From Methanobacteriota archaeon (lineage in GTDB: Archaea > Thermoplasmatota > Thermoplasmata > SG8-5 > JAGLSY01), in NCBI GenBank assembly GCA_020696385.1, contig JAEHCQ010000004.1, positions 96,001-160,000 on the forward strand: a stretch of 64,000 bases of DNA, in the 5' to 3' direction. The notes below the pieces were generated by a model. That model saw only the letters and a list, made by a program, of their open reading frames with translations, had not been told where the DNA came from and did no database searches. Positions 40,429 through 50,202 of the stretch are shown here, piece after piece (within the stretch, counting starts at the first letter, position 1; the number at the start of each line of letters is the position of its first letter). A program made the position numbers and the translations under genes.

Positions 40429-41208
40429 ATGGACTGGGGTATGAAAAATCGTTTGTCAAAGATAATCAAGCCGAAGGATGGAAGGACTGTCATGTTAGCC
40501 GTGGATCACGGTTATTTCATGGGCCCGACCACTGGCTTGGATAAATTCACCGACATGGTGAACCCGCTCATCCCGTATGCGGATACCTTAATGCTTACAC
40601 GTGGAGCATTAAGGAACTGGGTGGACCCAACAACAAATGTTCCAATAGTCCTCCGTGTCTCTGGGGGCACCAGCATACTCAATGATGATATGCTTCACGA
40701 GGGCCAGGTATGCTCCATTGAGGATGCAATTCGCCTCAATGTCTCGGGCGTGGCTTGGTCCGTACTCGTGGGCGCGAAATACGAGCGCGACACCATTCTT
40801 GGATTCACCGAGGTCATTGATGAATGCGAGGCCTATGGAATTCCCATGATAGCCGTGACCGCGGTAGGAAAGGACATGGTTAGGGATGCCAGATACATGG
40901 CCCTTGCTTCCAGAATGGCAGCCGAGCTGGGTGCTCATATCGTCAAGACCTATTTTGTAGAGGGTTTTGAAAAGGTTGTGGACACATGCCCTGTGCCGAT
41001 TGTGATAGCTGGCGGGAAGAAACAGCCCGAGGCTGATGCTCTGAAGATGGCACATGCGGCGATCGAGGCGGGCGCGATAGGTGTGGACATGGGAAGGAAT
41101 ATCTTCCAGTCCGAATCTCCGGTTGCGATGATCCAGGCTGTTAATGCGGTCGTGCATGATAACCACACACCACAGGAAGCTTTCGAATTGTTCAACAAGC
41201 TCAAATAG
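40429..41208 (+). CDS. lsrF: LsrF-like class I aldolase/thiolase (DhnA family)
   Basis: MDWGMKNRLS, MLAVDHGYFMGPTTGL, AELGAHIVKTY, IAGGKK, GVDMGRNIFQS. Confidence 0.88.
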   Translation: MDWGMKNRLSKIIKPKDGRTVMLAVDHGYFMGPTTGLDKFTDMVNPLIPYADTLMLTRGALRNWVDPTTNVPIVLRVSGGTSILNDDMLHEGQVCSIEDAIRLNVSGVAWSVLVGAKYERDTILGFTEVIDECEAYGIPMIAVTAVGKDMVRDARYMALASRMAAELGAHIVKTYFVEGFEKVVDTCPVPIVIAGGKKQPEADALKMAHAAIEAGAIGVDMGRNIFQSESPVAMIQAVNAVVHDNHTPQEAFELFNKLK

Positions 41209-41235
41209 GCCAAATTACGTTTTGCTTATCTTGGC

Positions 41236-41868
41236 CTACACCCAAAAGGCCAAGATAAAATACACACCGAACACGGCCAGCACCACGCCGCAGACTCCAA
41301 ATATGATCGAGTGTGCTTTTGGCGTCCATAGGTCTTTCGATCTGTGCACTGAATATGATAAGAACCAATCCCACAGGATATCACAGGTCTCATGGACGAT
41401 AATGAAAGCCAGCAACCCGATCCAACCGAAATCCAATGCTCCAGATATATCAGAAGTCCCAACTATCAGCGCGGCTCCCACTGTCACCCACCACAATATA
41501 ACATATGGATTTCCTGCTGTGGTTACTATTCCGGCCAGCACTGGATGGCCTGGAAATGCTTTCTCCACCACTTCTTTCTCTTCCCGCATCCTGATCATCT
41601 GGATGCCCATGTAAAGGAGCAGACCACCGCCCGCGATGCCGATAATACCCTGCATCCAGTCCTCCTTGAAGACATAATGGAAGCCCATCGCGATTATGAT
41701 GATGAGTGGAATCTCGACCATCAGATGGCCAAGGGCGATCCACAATCCCGCATGCTTATTTTCCGAGCCCTTGGCTATTGCCGCGACCATGACTGGCCCT
41801 GGCATCATTACGCCGGAAAGGGAGATGATACCAACAGCTCCCAGAAATGCCCAGAACTCCCAATTCAT
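41236..41868 (-). CDS. LysE-family transporter
   Basis: SLSGVMMPGP, GH..VEIP, NPY..LWW; multiple TM segments. Confidence 0.88.
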   Translation of the reverse strand: MNWEFWAFLGAVGIISLSGVMMPGPVMVAAIAKGSENKHAGLWIALGHLMVEIPLIIIIAMGFHYVFKEDWMQGIIGIAGGGLLLYMGIQMIRMREEKEVVEKAFPGHPVLAGIVTTAGNPYVILWWVTVGAALIVGTSDISGALDFGWIGLLAFIIVHETCDILWDWFLSYSVHRSKDLWTPKAHSIIFGVCGVVLAVFGVYFILAFWV

Positions 41869-42044
41869 CGTTTTGTACAATTGAATTTTGATATTAAGGT
41901 TTATGGCTTATACTTTGATATTTGCCCGCCCCAGTCAATTGATGCTCCCCCCACCTCACTCCTCCGCTTGCCATGCCCAACCCCCCATGGCCTGCTCGGA
42001 GTGGCTTGCTTCTTCTCAATTGTCTAAACACTGCCACACCCAGT

Positions 42045-42227
42045 TTGACAAAACATGCCCCGTCTATAGAGATATGGCAGGCGAGGTTGACATAATAATC
42101 TATGTCGGCCAGCCTGTTCATTTCTCGGCGGGCGGGGTACTATATTCGATGATTATTCGAGTGACAGTCACAGAGTGCTCTGATACTCGAACCCCCGTCC
42201 AAGCCCAGTGCAGGGCGGGGAGGTCAA
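42045..42227 (-). mobile_element. Non-autonomous IS200/IS605-like palindromic element (PATE-like), copy 1
   Basis: On the minus strand: TTGAC, then a CCCCGCCCT..GGACGGGG hairpin, a shared core, a second CCCCGCCC..AGACGGGG hairpin, and a TCAA end. Confidence 0.7.
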
Positions 42228-42270
42228 ACTTTTATAATCCGAACTGCATTCTTCCTCAGAGGTAGAAAGA

Positions 42271-42435
42271 ATGCAGAAGATGAAATGTACGATATGCGGC
42301 TGGATATACGACCCCGAGATTGGAGTTCCAGATGCGGATGTAGCACCAGGCACGCCCTGGGAAGATGTGGATGAGGGCTTCAGATGCCCGAAATGCAAGG
42401 CAGTTAAGAAATGGTTCCAGCCTGTTGGCGAGTGA
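42271..42435 (+). CDS. Rubredoxin (absent from the ORF track)
   Basis: MQKMKCTICGWIYDPEIG...GTPWEDVDEGFRCPKCKAVKKWF: two CxxC; TTTTATAA box and GAGGT SD upstream. Confidence 0.95.
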   Translation: MQKMKCTICGWIYDPEIGVPDADVAPGTPWEDVDEGFRCPKCKAVKKWFQPVGE

Positions 42436-42439
42436 AAGT

Positions 42440-42835
42440 ATGGAATACAAAAATCCAGCTCTCACCGTCGATGGAATAATTATCATCGACGGCAAGCTTT
42501 TACTGATAAAACGAGGCCGTGATCCCTTCAAGGGCCAGTACGCCCTTCCTGGTGGTTTTGTCGAGATCGGTGAACGCGTGGAGGAAGCTGTCGAGCGCGA
42601 GGCCAAAGAAGAAACTGGCCTCGATACTGAAGTTCGCGACCTGATAGGTGTGTATTCCGCTCCAGATCGTGACCCTCGAGGGCACACTGTTTCTGTGGTG
42701 TTTTATCTAAAAGTTATCGGCGGCCAGATGAAAGCCGGGGATGATGCATGTGATATTGGATTGTTCGATCTGAATGCATTGCCAGAGCTCGCTTTCGACC
42801 ATTCTAAAATAATCGATGATTATATCAAGAATTGA
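42440..42835 (+). CDS. NUDIX hydrolase (ADP-ribose pyrophosphatase-like)
   Basis: PALTVD, LPGGFVEIGE....AVEREAKEETG, RDPRGH, LAFDH. Confidence 0.93.
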   Translation: MEYKNPALTVDGIIIIDGKLLLIKRGRDPFKGQYALPGGFVEIGERVEEAVEREAKEETGLDTEVRDLIGVYSAPDRDPRGHTVSVVFYLKVIGGQMKAGDDACDIGLFDLNALPELAFDHSKIIDDYIKN

Positions 42836-42862
42836 ATTATTTGAAATATAGGCATGATATCA

Positions 42863-42980
42863 GTGAACATGCCCCGTCTGATTGCTCCGATAGGATCAAG
42901 GAGGGCGGGGTACTATATTCAATGATCCAGTGAGTGACAGTCTTCTATTCGAACCCCCGTCCAAAGGGCGGGGAGGTCAA
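42863..42980 (-). mobile_element. Non-autonomous IS200/IS605-like palindromic element (PATE-like), copy 2
   Basis: Same ends and core (GGGCGGGGTACTATATTC..GAGTGACAGTC..TCGAACCCCCGTCC) as copy 1, with shorter loops; minus strand ends TCAC. Confidence 0.7.
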
Positions 42981-42991
42981 ACTTAGGCTAA

Positions 42992-43210
42992 TCATTCCCT
43001 TCTCGTGCTCACTGTGTAGATAGCCTTCGTGCCCTTGAGCATGGAATGAAGCTTTTGCAGGATCTCACCGTATTCTTCAGGAGTTGCGAAATCCATTACA
43101 AAATCATAATCACCCACATAAGGTGCGAAGCCCATTTCCTCAGCTATCTTGATTATGTCGAGAACTGAAGCCCCATCCGAGTTGATGAATATCTTTAGAT
43201 ATACTTTCAT
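42992..43210 (-). CDS. Small hypothetical protein
   Basis: 72-aa ORF with ordinary globular composition (FINSDGAS, GF.PYVGDYDF, LHSMLKG); fills the intergenic space. Confidence 0.75.
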   Translation of the reverse strand: MKVYLKIFINSDGASVLDIIKIAEEMGFAPYVGDYDFVMDFATPEEYGEILQKLHSMLKGTKAIYTVSTRRE

Positions 43211-43353
43211 TAAAGACCAGTATACCAGTGCGGGATAAAAATGTTACTATCATTTAGGCCAATAAACCAAATGTTAAATGTTAATTATGGATAATTTATA
43301 AATGATGTGCATCATAAGACATAATTTACTGATATGGATCAAAGCTGATATTC

Positions 43354-43989
43354 TCATCCCTCGGCGGCATCCCCTTGCTTGTCCTCTTCTGGCTTTTCCA
43401 GTTCCGTATTATCAGATATCAGCCATGGCAATCCATATTCTTGAGCGTAGATGTACATGGTCCCGAAGAGTGGTACGAAGATCAAGGTGCTGAGTATGTG
43501 CATGATGGTGAAAGGTACCTGAGCCATGAACATGACATAAATGCTCATGTCTGGAACTATCAGTTTGTAGCCGACCAGGGTCCAAAGGTCGTACAGTATT
43601 GTGAGTATGACCGCCACTCCCGTGAATACTGCCACTCCTTTCATTCGGAACAAAAAGGTAGGCTTCATTCTAGTACCGATGTAACCCACGAACATCATGC
43701 CAGTCCATGTGAAGAGCGATATGCCGACCAATTGTTGCCATGTGAAAGTAGTTCCATAATGCATGGCGTTTATGGCCCAATCCGAGAGGAACATGATGGC
43801 TAATGGAACAATGAGAGCCCACAATCCTCCCAGAACAAGGCCAGCCATCATCGCTATGGCGAGTACAGGCTCGATGTTCGCATATTTTGCCAGGACGATC
43901 CTGAGAAGTATCCCTGCCAATATGAACAGCAATGCCAGCCGCACTTTTTTAGGGCTTGTATCTAATTTGAATACTTCTTTCAGGCTCAT
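43354..43989 (-). CDS. Membrane protein, ECF S-component-like (CbrT-like)
   Basis: About six TM helices; LR...ANIEPV.AI, MFLSD and PF..MH..ST motifs. Confidence 0.7.
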   Translation of the reverse strand: MSLKEVFKLDTSPKKVRLALLFILAGILLRIVLAKYANIEPVLAIAMMAGLVLGGLWALIVPLAIMFLSDWAINAMHYGTTFTWQQLVGISLFTWTGMMFVGYIGTRMKPTFLFRMKGVAVFTGVAVILTILYDLWTLVGYKLIVPDMSIYVMFMAQVPFTIMHILSTLIFVPLFGTMYIYAQEYGLPWLISDNTELEKPEEDKQGDAAEG

Positions 43990-44026
43990 TCATTTTCTCC
44001 TTAACATTTTCATCGATCATTTAGTG

Positions 44027-44839
44027 TCAGAAACCCTCGAATCTCCAGTCCACCACATCCCCATCCTGGAGAACGTACTGGCCCGCGCCAACAGAGGCAT
44101 ATCCGTCATTGATGTACCATAGCCAGTAGTAGGAAGATGTGTCATCAATGCCCTCGACCGTGCTACCTGTGGAAATACCATCGATCCCATTGACGAAGGC
44201 GCCCCATCCGAAATCCTGCATGTCCAGATTTGCATAACCAACCGCTTCTTCCAGAGCTCCAAGAGCCGTGTAATTATCTGAAATTATTGTCTGGTTCAAG
44301 TATGTGCCATTGCCAAAGTCGATGTTCACTTTGACAGAGATACCGGTCTTCTCGAAAACACCGCTGGGTCCATCTCCCAGCATGAATCTCAATTCAATGG
44401 TCTGTCCCTCGCGCACTATGGCGATATCATCCTTTGCGGCAAAGGCCTGGCCGGTCACTGGAGCCCAAGTTCCATTAATGGTGTAGGACCACCACATACT
44501 GGCAGTATCTCCTATTCCCTGAACTGTCATATTATTGGCAATATTGTCAATGGATCCCAGGTATGCCACTCCCTCGATACTGCGCTCCATCTCGTACCTG
44601 TCATCGCCTATACTGGCGGACAATACGCCAGGTAGCGTATTGTTCACAGTCGTCACATTGTACCAATCCACATCCCCATTTCCGTAATCGATCACCAAGG
44701 TGGCTGATATCTCATTGGGGTCTATCTCCACTTTGTTCATCTCCTGCATGAGGAATATTCCGCCGATAGCAGCTACTATCACCACTGCAACTACAACTAT
44801 GGGCATCCAGCCCAATCCAGCCTTTTCTCCTTCTGTCAA
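44027..44839 (-). CDS. Membrane-anchored protein with two DUF4430-like domains
   Basis: N-terminal TM; repeated IDYGNG/IDFGNG; FVNGIDG; YWLWYIND.YASVGAGQY.L.DGD.V.W. Confidence 0.8.
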   Translation of the reverse strand: MTEGEKAGLGWMPIVVVAVVIVAAIGGIFLMQEMNKVEIDPNEISATLVIDYGNGDVDWYNVTTVNNTLPGVLSASIGDDRYEMERSIEGVAYLGSIDNIANNMTVQGIGDTASMWWSYTINGTWAPVTGQAFAAKDDIAIVREGQTIELRFMLGDGPSGVFEKTGISVKVNIDFGNGTYLNQTIISDNYTALGALEEAVGYANLDMQDFGWGAFVNGIDGISTGSTVEGIDDTSSYYWLWYINDGYASVGAGQYVLQDGDVVDWRFEGF

Positions 44840-44948
44840 TTAATCGCCTCTGAGCCACCGCATATAGAGGTGGACAATATATCCACCCAAAAGCACATTG
44901 GCTATTAAAGGTTTTTGATTTAATCTGTTAAAAATAAGTGTTATCTGA

Positions 44949-45560
44949 TCATGATTTAGTGGAGGATATCAAGAGGCCGGATGCAGCTGCAAAGGCTCCG
45001 TCCTCAGCCTTTGTTTCACTATTGCCAGTTCCGATGATGATAATGTCATCATCCTTCAAGTCGAAAGCTCCCCTAATCTTCTCCGCGACCTGGGGCATCT
45101 CATCGTCTATATTGAAATGATCTGGAAGCTCAAGACCATCATTGACGAACAGGATGGTCGTCGCGCCACTGGAGCCCGCCTTAATGGCCTCATCCCTTTC
45201 CATTATGCCATCCTTTACAGAACTTGCAATTCGTGATAATCTAATTGCAAAATCATATTCGTCCACAGTGAGGCCAAATACTTCGATAACAGAGGCCTGA
45301 AAACCGATCTCATTCAAATATCTCGAACCTCGATTTGCCAATTTGAGCCCATCTTCTTTCCTTTGAATAAAGCCATGTTCTTCAAGATGAGATATAAGCC
45401 CTCTGGAGCTTCCCTCACCCAGATCTAATTTGGAAGCCAGACCCTTGCGGCCTATAGGTCCATATTCTCGAATGATATGTAATGATTTAAAAACATGTAA
45501 AGGTCCGAAAAGGGGGGCGGCCCCCCTTTTCGGCATCTCTATCTCGAAGATTCCAGACAT
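44949..45560 (-). CDS. Winged-HTH protein (DUF2111/DUF4443-like putative regulator)
   Basis: GPIGRKGLA..L.LGEGS.R, then G..ERDEAIKAG..GAT. Confidence 0.75.
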   Translation of the reverse strand: MSGIFEIEMPKRGAAPLFGPLHVFKSLHIIREYGPIGRKGLASKLDLGEGSSRGLISHLEEHGFIQRKEDGLKLANRGSRYLNEIGFQASVIEVFGLTVDEYDFAIRLSRIASSVKDGIMERDEAIKAGSSGATTILFVNDGLELPDHFNIDDEMPQVAEKIRGAFDLKDDDIIIIGTGNSETKAEDGAFAAASGLLISSTKS

Positions 45561-45564
45561 CGGA

Positions 45565-46767
45565 TCAGAAGGTTCCGATCTTGCCCTTGACAACGAGGTC
45601 GGTGATCTTGTTGGTATTCTGCAACCAGCCGTCAACGACTCCTTCGATGTCTGACTTGACATCCTTCATCTTGACACTATCTGCAAGTTTCACCTTCACA
45701 CTGGCTGCCTGTGGGTTGTTAATTGGCATTCCGATCTGTGACAATAAGCGCACGTGACATTCCAGTATGTCCCCGCCGCCTACCTTTGCAACATCCTGGG
45801 CGATCTGATTTGATAATAGATTGTAGATCTTTCCAACATGTGTCACCGGGTTCTTTCCAGATGTGGCTTCCATGCTCATTGGTCTGTATGGGGTGATCAA
45901 TCCATTTGCTCTGTTTCCCCTGCCAACTGAACCATCGTCACCGTTCTCCATTGAAAGGCCAGTCACTGTCAGGTAATAGATACCCTTCTTGTAATCATCA
46001 GCTGTATTGGCATCCACAATGATCTCACGATCTGTGAATCTCTCTGCCTGTTTGTGAACTTTATCTTTCAGTTCCTGAACAACGCTCTTGTAGTGGTCAC
46101 TGTCAGGGATCTCTTTCCCGACCATGGCTGCTGCTACTGTGATATTGATCTTGTTTCCGATCCTGGCTGCCATGACCTTGACATCCTCTCCGACCTCGGG
46201 CATGGATTTCTTCAACCTGCCATTGATGTACTGTTCAGCATCCAGGACGATTGTCTCGGTCTCACTGAAGGGCGCGTGGCCAACACCGAATGAAGTATCA
46301 TTGGATAGGAAATCCTTTGGTTTATTATCATAAACGCCCATTAGATCGACCGATCCCTTGCTTATCATGCAGTCCAGCATGACATCTGCATCGACATCCA
46401 GGTGTGAGCAGTGATCCTTCAGATACTTGCGGGCTGCCTTGACTGCGACAGATCTGTATGGGAGCCTCTCACCGTCTACTTCGGTAGTAGCACGGCCGAC
46501 AAGAAGAATGTAAACTGGCTCAAGAACAACTCCGCCTCCGAACTTAGGGGCTGACTGGCCACCGACGATCTGTGTTTCGTCAGTATTATGGTGAAAGATA
46601 TGATCATATTTTTCAAGGTACATTTTACAAAGGGATCTTGACACGGACTCAGCCAGTCCATCGGCTATACTGTCCGGATGTCCAATTCCCTTTCTCTCTA
46701 CGATCTCAATTTCCTGCTTCTCGATGTACGTCTGTGCCAAAGGCTCGACAAAGATATTTCTTTTCAT
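45565..46767 (-). CDS. mat: S-adenosylmethionine synthetase, archaeal type
   Basis: [45 protein letters not shown]. Confidence 0.96.
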   Translation of the reverse strand: MKRNIFVEPLAQTYIEKQEIEIVERKGIGHPDSIADGLAESVSRSLCKMYLEKYDHIFHHNTDETQIVGGQSAPKFGGGVVLEPVYILLVGRATTEVDGERLPYRSVAVKAARKYLKDHCSHLDVDADVMLDCMISKGSVDLMGVYDNKPKDFLSNDTSFGVGHAPFSETETIVLDAEQYINGRLKKSMPEVGEDVKVMAARIGNKINITVAAAMVGKEIPDSDHYKSVVQELKDKVHKQAERFTDREIIVDANTADDYKKGIYYLTVTGLSMENGDDGSVGRGNRANGLITPYRPMSMEATSGKNPVTHVGKIYNLLSNQIAQDVAKVGGGDILECHVRLLSQIGMPINNPQAASVKVKLADSVKMKDVKSDIEGVVDGWLQNTNKITDLVVKGKIGTF

Positions 46768-46912
46768 ATCAAACATTCCTGAGTTATGGTTAGTCAGCCT
46801 GCAAATACGAGAGTTGATAAAACCCTTTCGGTTGAATTTGCTTTTTCCATGCCTAAATATGCATGTTCGCACTCATCTTTGACAATATCTTTATGATCTA
46901 TATCTGGGTAGC

Positions 46913-47827
46913 TCATATTCTAGATACGATATCGGCCACAACACTGATATCATTCAGCGTGAACAGATGTACGCCAGGCGCACCTTTCTCCCTGAGCTTC
47001 TGGCACAGTTCGACAGAAAAGTCAATACATACTTTTCTGGCTTCCTGTGGCTCGAGTCCTTCCAATGCTTTTTTCAGACTTTCCGGCACATTGGCCTTGA
47101 AGATATCTTCTGCCACTTTGACATGCTCGGTCTTGGTGACTGGTCTTATGCCAGGTATAACTGGAATATCGATCCCCCTATTCCTCAACTGTGCCACATA
47201 ATCCGCATAAACATCAGCATCGAATATCATCTGGGTGATGGCAAAGCCCGCTCCATTTGCCACCTTCTGCTCCATGACCATTAACTCCTTTTCCATGTCA
47301 TCTGCCTCTGGATAGGCCGCTACACCGATACAGAAATCAGTATCCATGCCTTTCCTTGGCTGGCTGGCGTCTTTGAGCGGTATGTATCTTCCTTTGTTCA
47401 TTTCTTCGATCTGGCCTACAAGCTCGGAAGCATATTGATTGTGTTGACCTGGTTCTCGCGGGCACTCTGGCTCGCCAGCTATCGGATCGCCAAGTACTGC
47501 CAGTATATTCCGTATGCCGAAATATGTGTGATCGACTAACATATTTTCCACATCTCGTTTGTTCATGTCACGGCAACGGAAATGCACCAGGGAGTTCAAT
47601 CCATATCTTTCAGATATCATGTAGCCAATGGGGATAGTGCCACCGCGCATGCTTCCCATCGCTCCCTTGGTTATACTGATAAAATCAAGGTCCAGCTTGC
47701 TCAATTCATCTATTTTATTGAGAATTATATCCGGGCTCTTGCCATTCCTGGGGGGGAAGACCTCCACGCTGATGGTGAAGTCCTTTTTGGCAAGTACGTT
47801 CGTGATCTTTTCAGGCTGGAACATCAT
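46913..47827 (-). CDS. metF: 5,10-methylenetetrahydrofolate reductase
   Basis: SVEVFPP, IGVAAYPE, GA.FAITQMIFD, PVIPGI.P, GVHLFTLN. Confidence 0.9.
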   Translation of the reverse strand: MMFQPEKITNVLAKKDFTISVEVFPPRNGKSPDIILNKIDELSKLDLDFISITKGAMGSMRGGTIPIGYMISERYGLNSLVHFRCRDMNKRDVENMLVDHTYFGIRNILAVLGDPIAGEPECPREPGQHNQYASELVGQIEEMNKGRYIPLKDASQPRKGMDTDFCIGVAAYPEADDMEKELMVMEQKVANGAGFAITQMIFDADVYADYVAQLRNRGIDIPVIPGIRPVTKTEHVKVAEDIFKANVPESLKKALEGLEPQEARKVCIDFSVELCQKLREKGAPGVHLFTLNDISVVADIVSRI

Positions 47828-47891
47828 AGGATGGAATACTGCCTTTTATTAAAAGTATTACCCCGCATCCTCAATGATCGAGCTGGTGTGA

Positions 47892-48365
47892 TCATATCAT
47901 CTTGAACAGGTTTCCTTCAGATCCCGCATATCCAAGCTTCTCGTACATGGCTCTGGCCGGAGCATTGTGATCGAAGACATGGAGGGCGATGATGTTAATA
48001 CCCATATCTTTCACTTTATCTTCCATTATTTTGAAAGTGCTCTCACCATAGCCCTTTCGTCTGTATTCTTCATATATCTGGATATCAATTATGAAGATTA
48101 ATTCCTGATCTTGATTCTCGGCCTTGGCGAACCATAGACCACCTACTTGCACATCTTCCCCTTCCACAATATTGAAGAAATAATGGTCTTGTGTATCGAG
48201 ACCATTGTTCAGAACCTTGCTCTTCATCTCTTTCATATTATCCAGGGCATTAGATTCGGTCCACTCACCGGCCTTTATCTGAGACCGCATATGGTCATCC
48301 ATGGATATCTTCATGAATTCATCATACTGGGTGGTATCCATTGGCTCTAATTTTATCATGTACAT
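47892..48365 (-). CDS. GNAT acetyltransferase
   Basis: YRRKGYG and LHVF.HN..ARAMYEKLGY. Confidence 0.9.
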   Translation of the reverse strand: MYMIKLEPMDTTQYDEFMKISMDDHMRSQIKAGEWTESNALDNMKEMKSKVLNNGLDTQDHYFFNIVEGEDVQVGGLWFAKAENQDQELIFIIDIQIYEEYRRKGYGESTFKIMEDKVKDMGINIIALHVFDHNAPARAMYEKLGYAGSEGNLFKMI

Positions 48366-48424
48366 TCACCATATTGATATTGCTATCTGGCCTTATATCT
48401 ATTTCGTATTATCCGAATGTTCGA

Positions 48425-48889
48425 TCACAGCATACCCATCATGATTCCCCATGATGAATACGAGAGAAGTAACATGAACAGTATGAAGGCTATCAGGAAA
48501 CCCTTCCTAACTCTCATGTCCATATCCTTTTTGATGAAAGAAGTGAAGAAACTCGCGAAGGCCATCAGGAATAATCCGATCTGGAAGACCGTGCTGATGA
48601 TGACTCCCCAAAATGCCCTGTCCTCATAATCATAATTATTACTTCCAATGAAACTGAGCGTGTATATCGATCCCAGAATACTGGATAAGAAGAACACCAG
48701 TATGCCGCTGATCAACATGATCTTCAGCCACATTGGTAATATTATATGGTCGCCCGGGTAGATGAGACCCATATCATTGGTCGTTGCATTGTCCCTGGGT
48801 GGCGGTGGTGGGGGTGTTGGTCTTAAAAAACTCGGTACCGATCCTGTTGCAGGCTCTCTATTATTAGATTGAACTCTCGATCCTTCCAT
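48425..48889 (-). CDS. Hypothetical membrane protein with Pro-rich N-terminus
   Basis: PTPPPPPPR followed by three hydrophobic helices; GAGG SD upstream. Confidence 0.7.
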   Translation of the reverse strand: MEGSRVQSNNREPATGSVPSFLRPTPPPPPPRDNATTNDMGLIYPGDHIILPMWLKIMLISGILVFFLSSILGSIYTLSFIGSNNYDYEDRAFWGVIISTVFQIGLFLMAFASFFTSFIKKDMDMRVRKGFLIAFILFMLLLSYSSWGIMMGML

Positions 48890-49101
48890 GACTCTTCCTC
48901 ACATGTGTATGTGTGTGATTAATATTTAATTAGATTGGTACGGTGTTTTGTATTATGATTAAATAAATAAATTCAAAAATATCTTATATCCATCTCTCAA
49001 TCAGGGTATGACCCAAATTTGACATTTCAGAGTTTGTATAAGCCAAACTCTTGGGTTGCTATAGATGCCGAATGTCAAACTAGGGTACGAGTGTGATATA
49101 G

Positions 49102-50202
49102 ATGTCAGAAGTTTTCTTTGCCAAAGTGGGCGCCAGTAAGCACAATGAAAGATTACCAAATAAGGTTCGCCAGTTATTTGACAAAGCTGGTTTTAACAAT
49201 TTAATTTCGGAGAAGGACATGGTCGCCCTCAAGCTTCATTTTGGAGAGCCTGGCAATACCACATTTCTCAGGCCACAATTTACCCGTCAGATCGTGGACA
49301 AGGTGAAGGAAAGCGGTGGTAAGCCTTTCCTTACAGATGCAAACACACTATACACTGGCCAGAGATCCAATGCGGTGGATCATCTCAATGCCGCCGCCCT
49401 GCACGGATTCCTGCCAGCGGTTGTCGATGCTCCCATCATCATCGCGGATGGACTGACTGGCCGCGATTTCGTCGAGGTGGATGTGGATCTCAAGCACCTT
49501 AAATCAGTTAAGTTCGGAGCAGCTGCCTATCACGCTGACGTGATAGGAGCGATTTCTCATTTCAAATGCCACGTTGTCGGTGGTATCGGGGGCGCGATAA
49601 AGAACCTGGGTATGGGTTTCGGAAGTCGTGCTGGCAAGCAGCAGATGCATTCGGATACCAAGCCAGTTGTCGATGGCGAGAAGTGCATATCATGCGGTAC
49701 TTGTGCGAAATGGTGTCCGGAGGACGCGATCGATATTCCGGATAAAGCGATCATCAATCAGGACAAGTGCATCGGATGTGGTGAATGCCTTATACAGTGC
49801 CCGACCAAGGCCATCAATGTAAGATGGGATGCCAGCAGCAAGAATATGCAGGAGAAAATGGTCGAGTACACTTACGGAGTGATGAAGAATAAAAAGGACA
49901 AGACATTCTTCTACAATTTCTTACTGGATATCACGCCGGATTGCGACTGCGTGCCCTGGAGTGGGAAGCAGATAGTGCCAGATATCGGAATTATGGCATC
50001 CACAGACCCGATAGCTATCGATCAGGCATCGGCCGATTTTGTTAACCAGCAAACAGCCAATCCTGGATCCAAGATAGAGATTGCGGTAAATCCGGGTGAT
50101 GACAAGATCCACGAAGTTCATAATATCGATTGGGACCTACAGCTCAAATATGGAGAAGAAATAGGTCTGGGTAGTCGAAAATACAAGATAATCGAGATTT
50201 GA
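49102..50202 (+). CDS. DUF362 domain protein with 2x[4Fe-4S] ferredoxin insert
   Basis: KLHFGE.GN, ISHFK.H, GGAIKNLGMG, two CxxCxxCxxxCP motifs, PDCDC, DPIAID. Confidence 0.92.
   Translation: MSEVFFAKVGASKHNERLPNKVRQLFDKAGFNNLISEKDMVALKLHFGEPGNTTFLRPQFTRQIVDKVKESGGKPFLTDANTLYTGQRSNAVDHLNAAALHGFLPAVVDAPIIIADGLTGRDFVEVDVDLKHLKSVKFGAAAYHADVIGAISHFKCHVVGGIGGAIKNLGMGFGSRAGKQQMHSDTKPVVDGEKCISCGTCAKWCPEDAIDIPDKAIINQDKCIGCGECLIQCPTKAINVRWDASSKNMQEKMVEYTYGVMKNKKDKTFFYNFLLDITPDCDCVPWSGKQIVPDIGIMASTDPIAIDQASADFVNQQTANPGSKIEIAVNPGDDKIHEVHNIDWDLQLKYGEEIGLGSRKYKIIEI

Noticed and set aside
42365-42439. N-terminal extension of the NUDIX ORF
   Set aside because: It overlaps the rubredoxin gene in another frame; the real start is ATG 42440.
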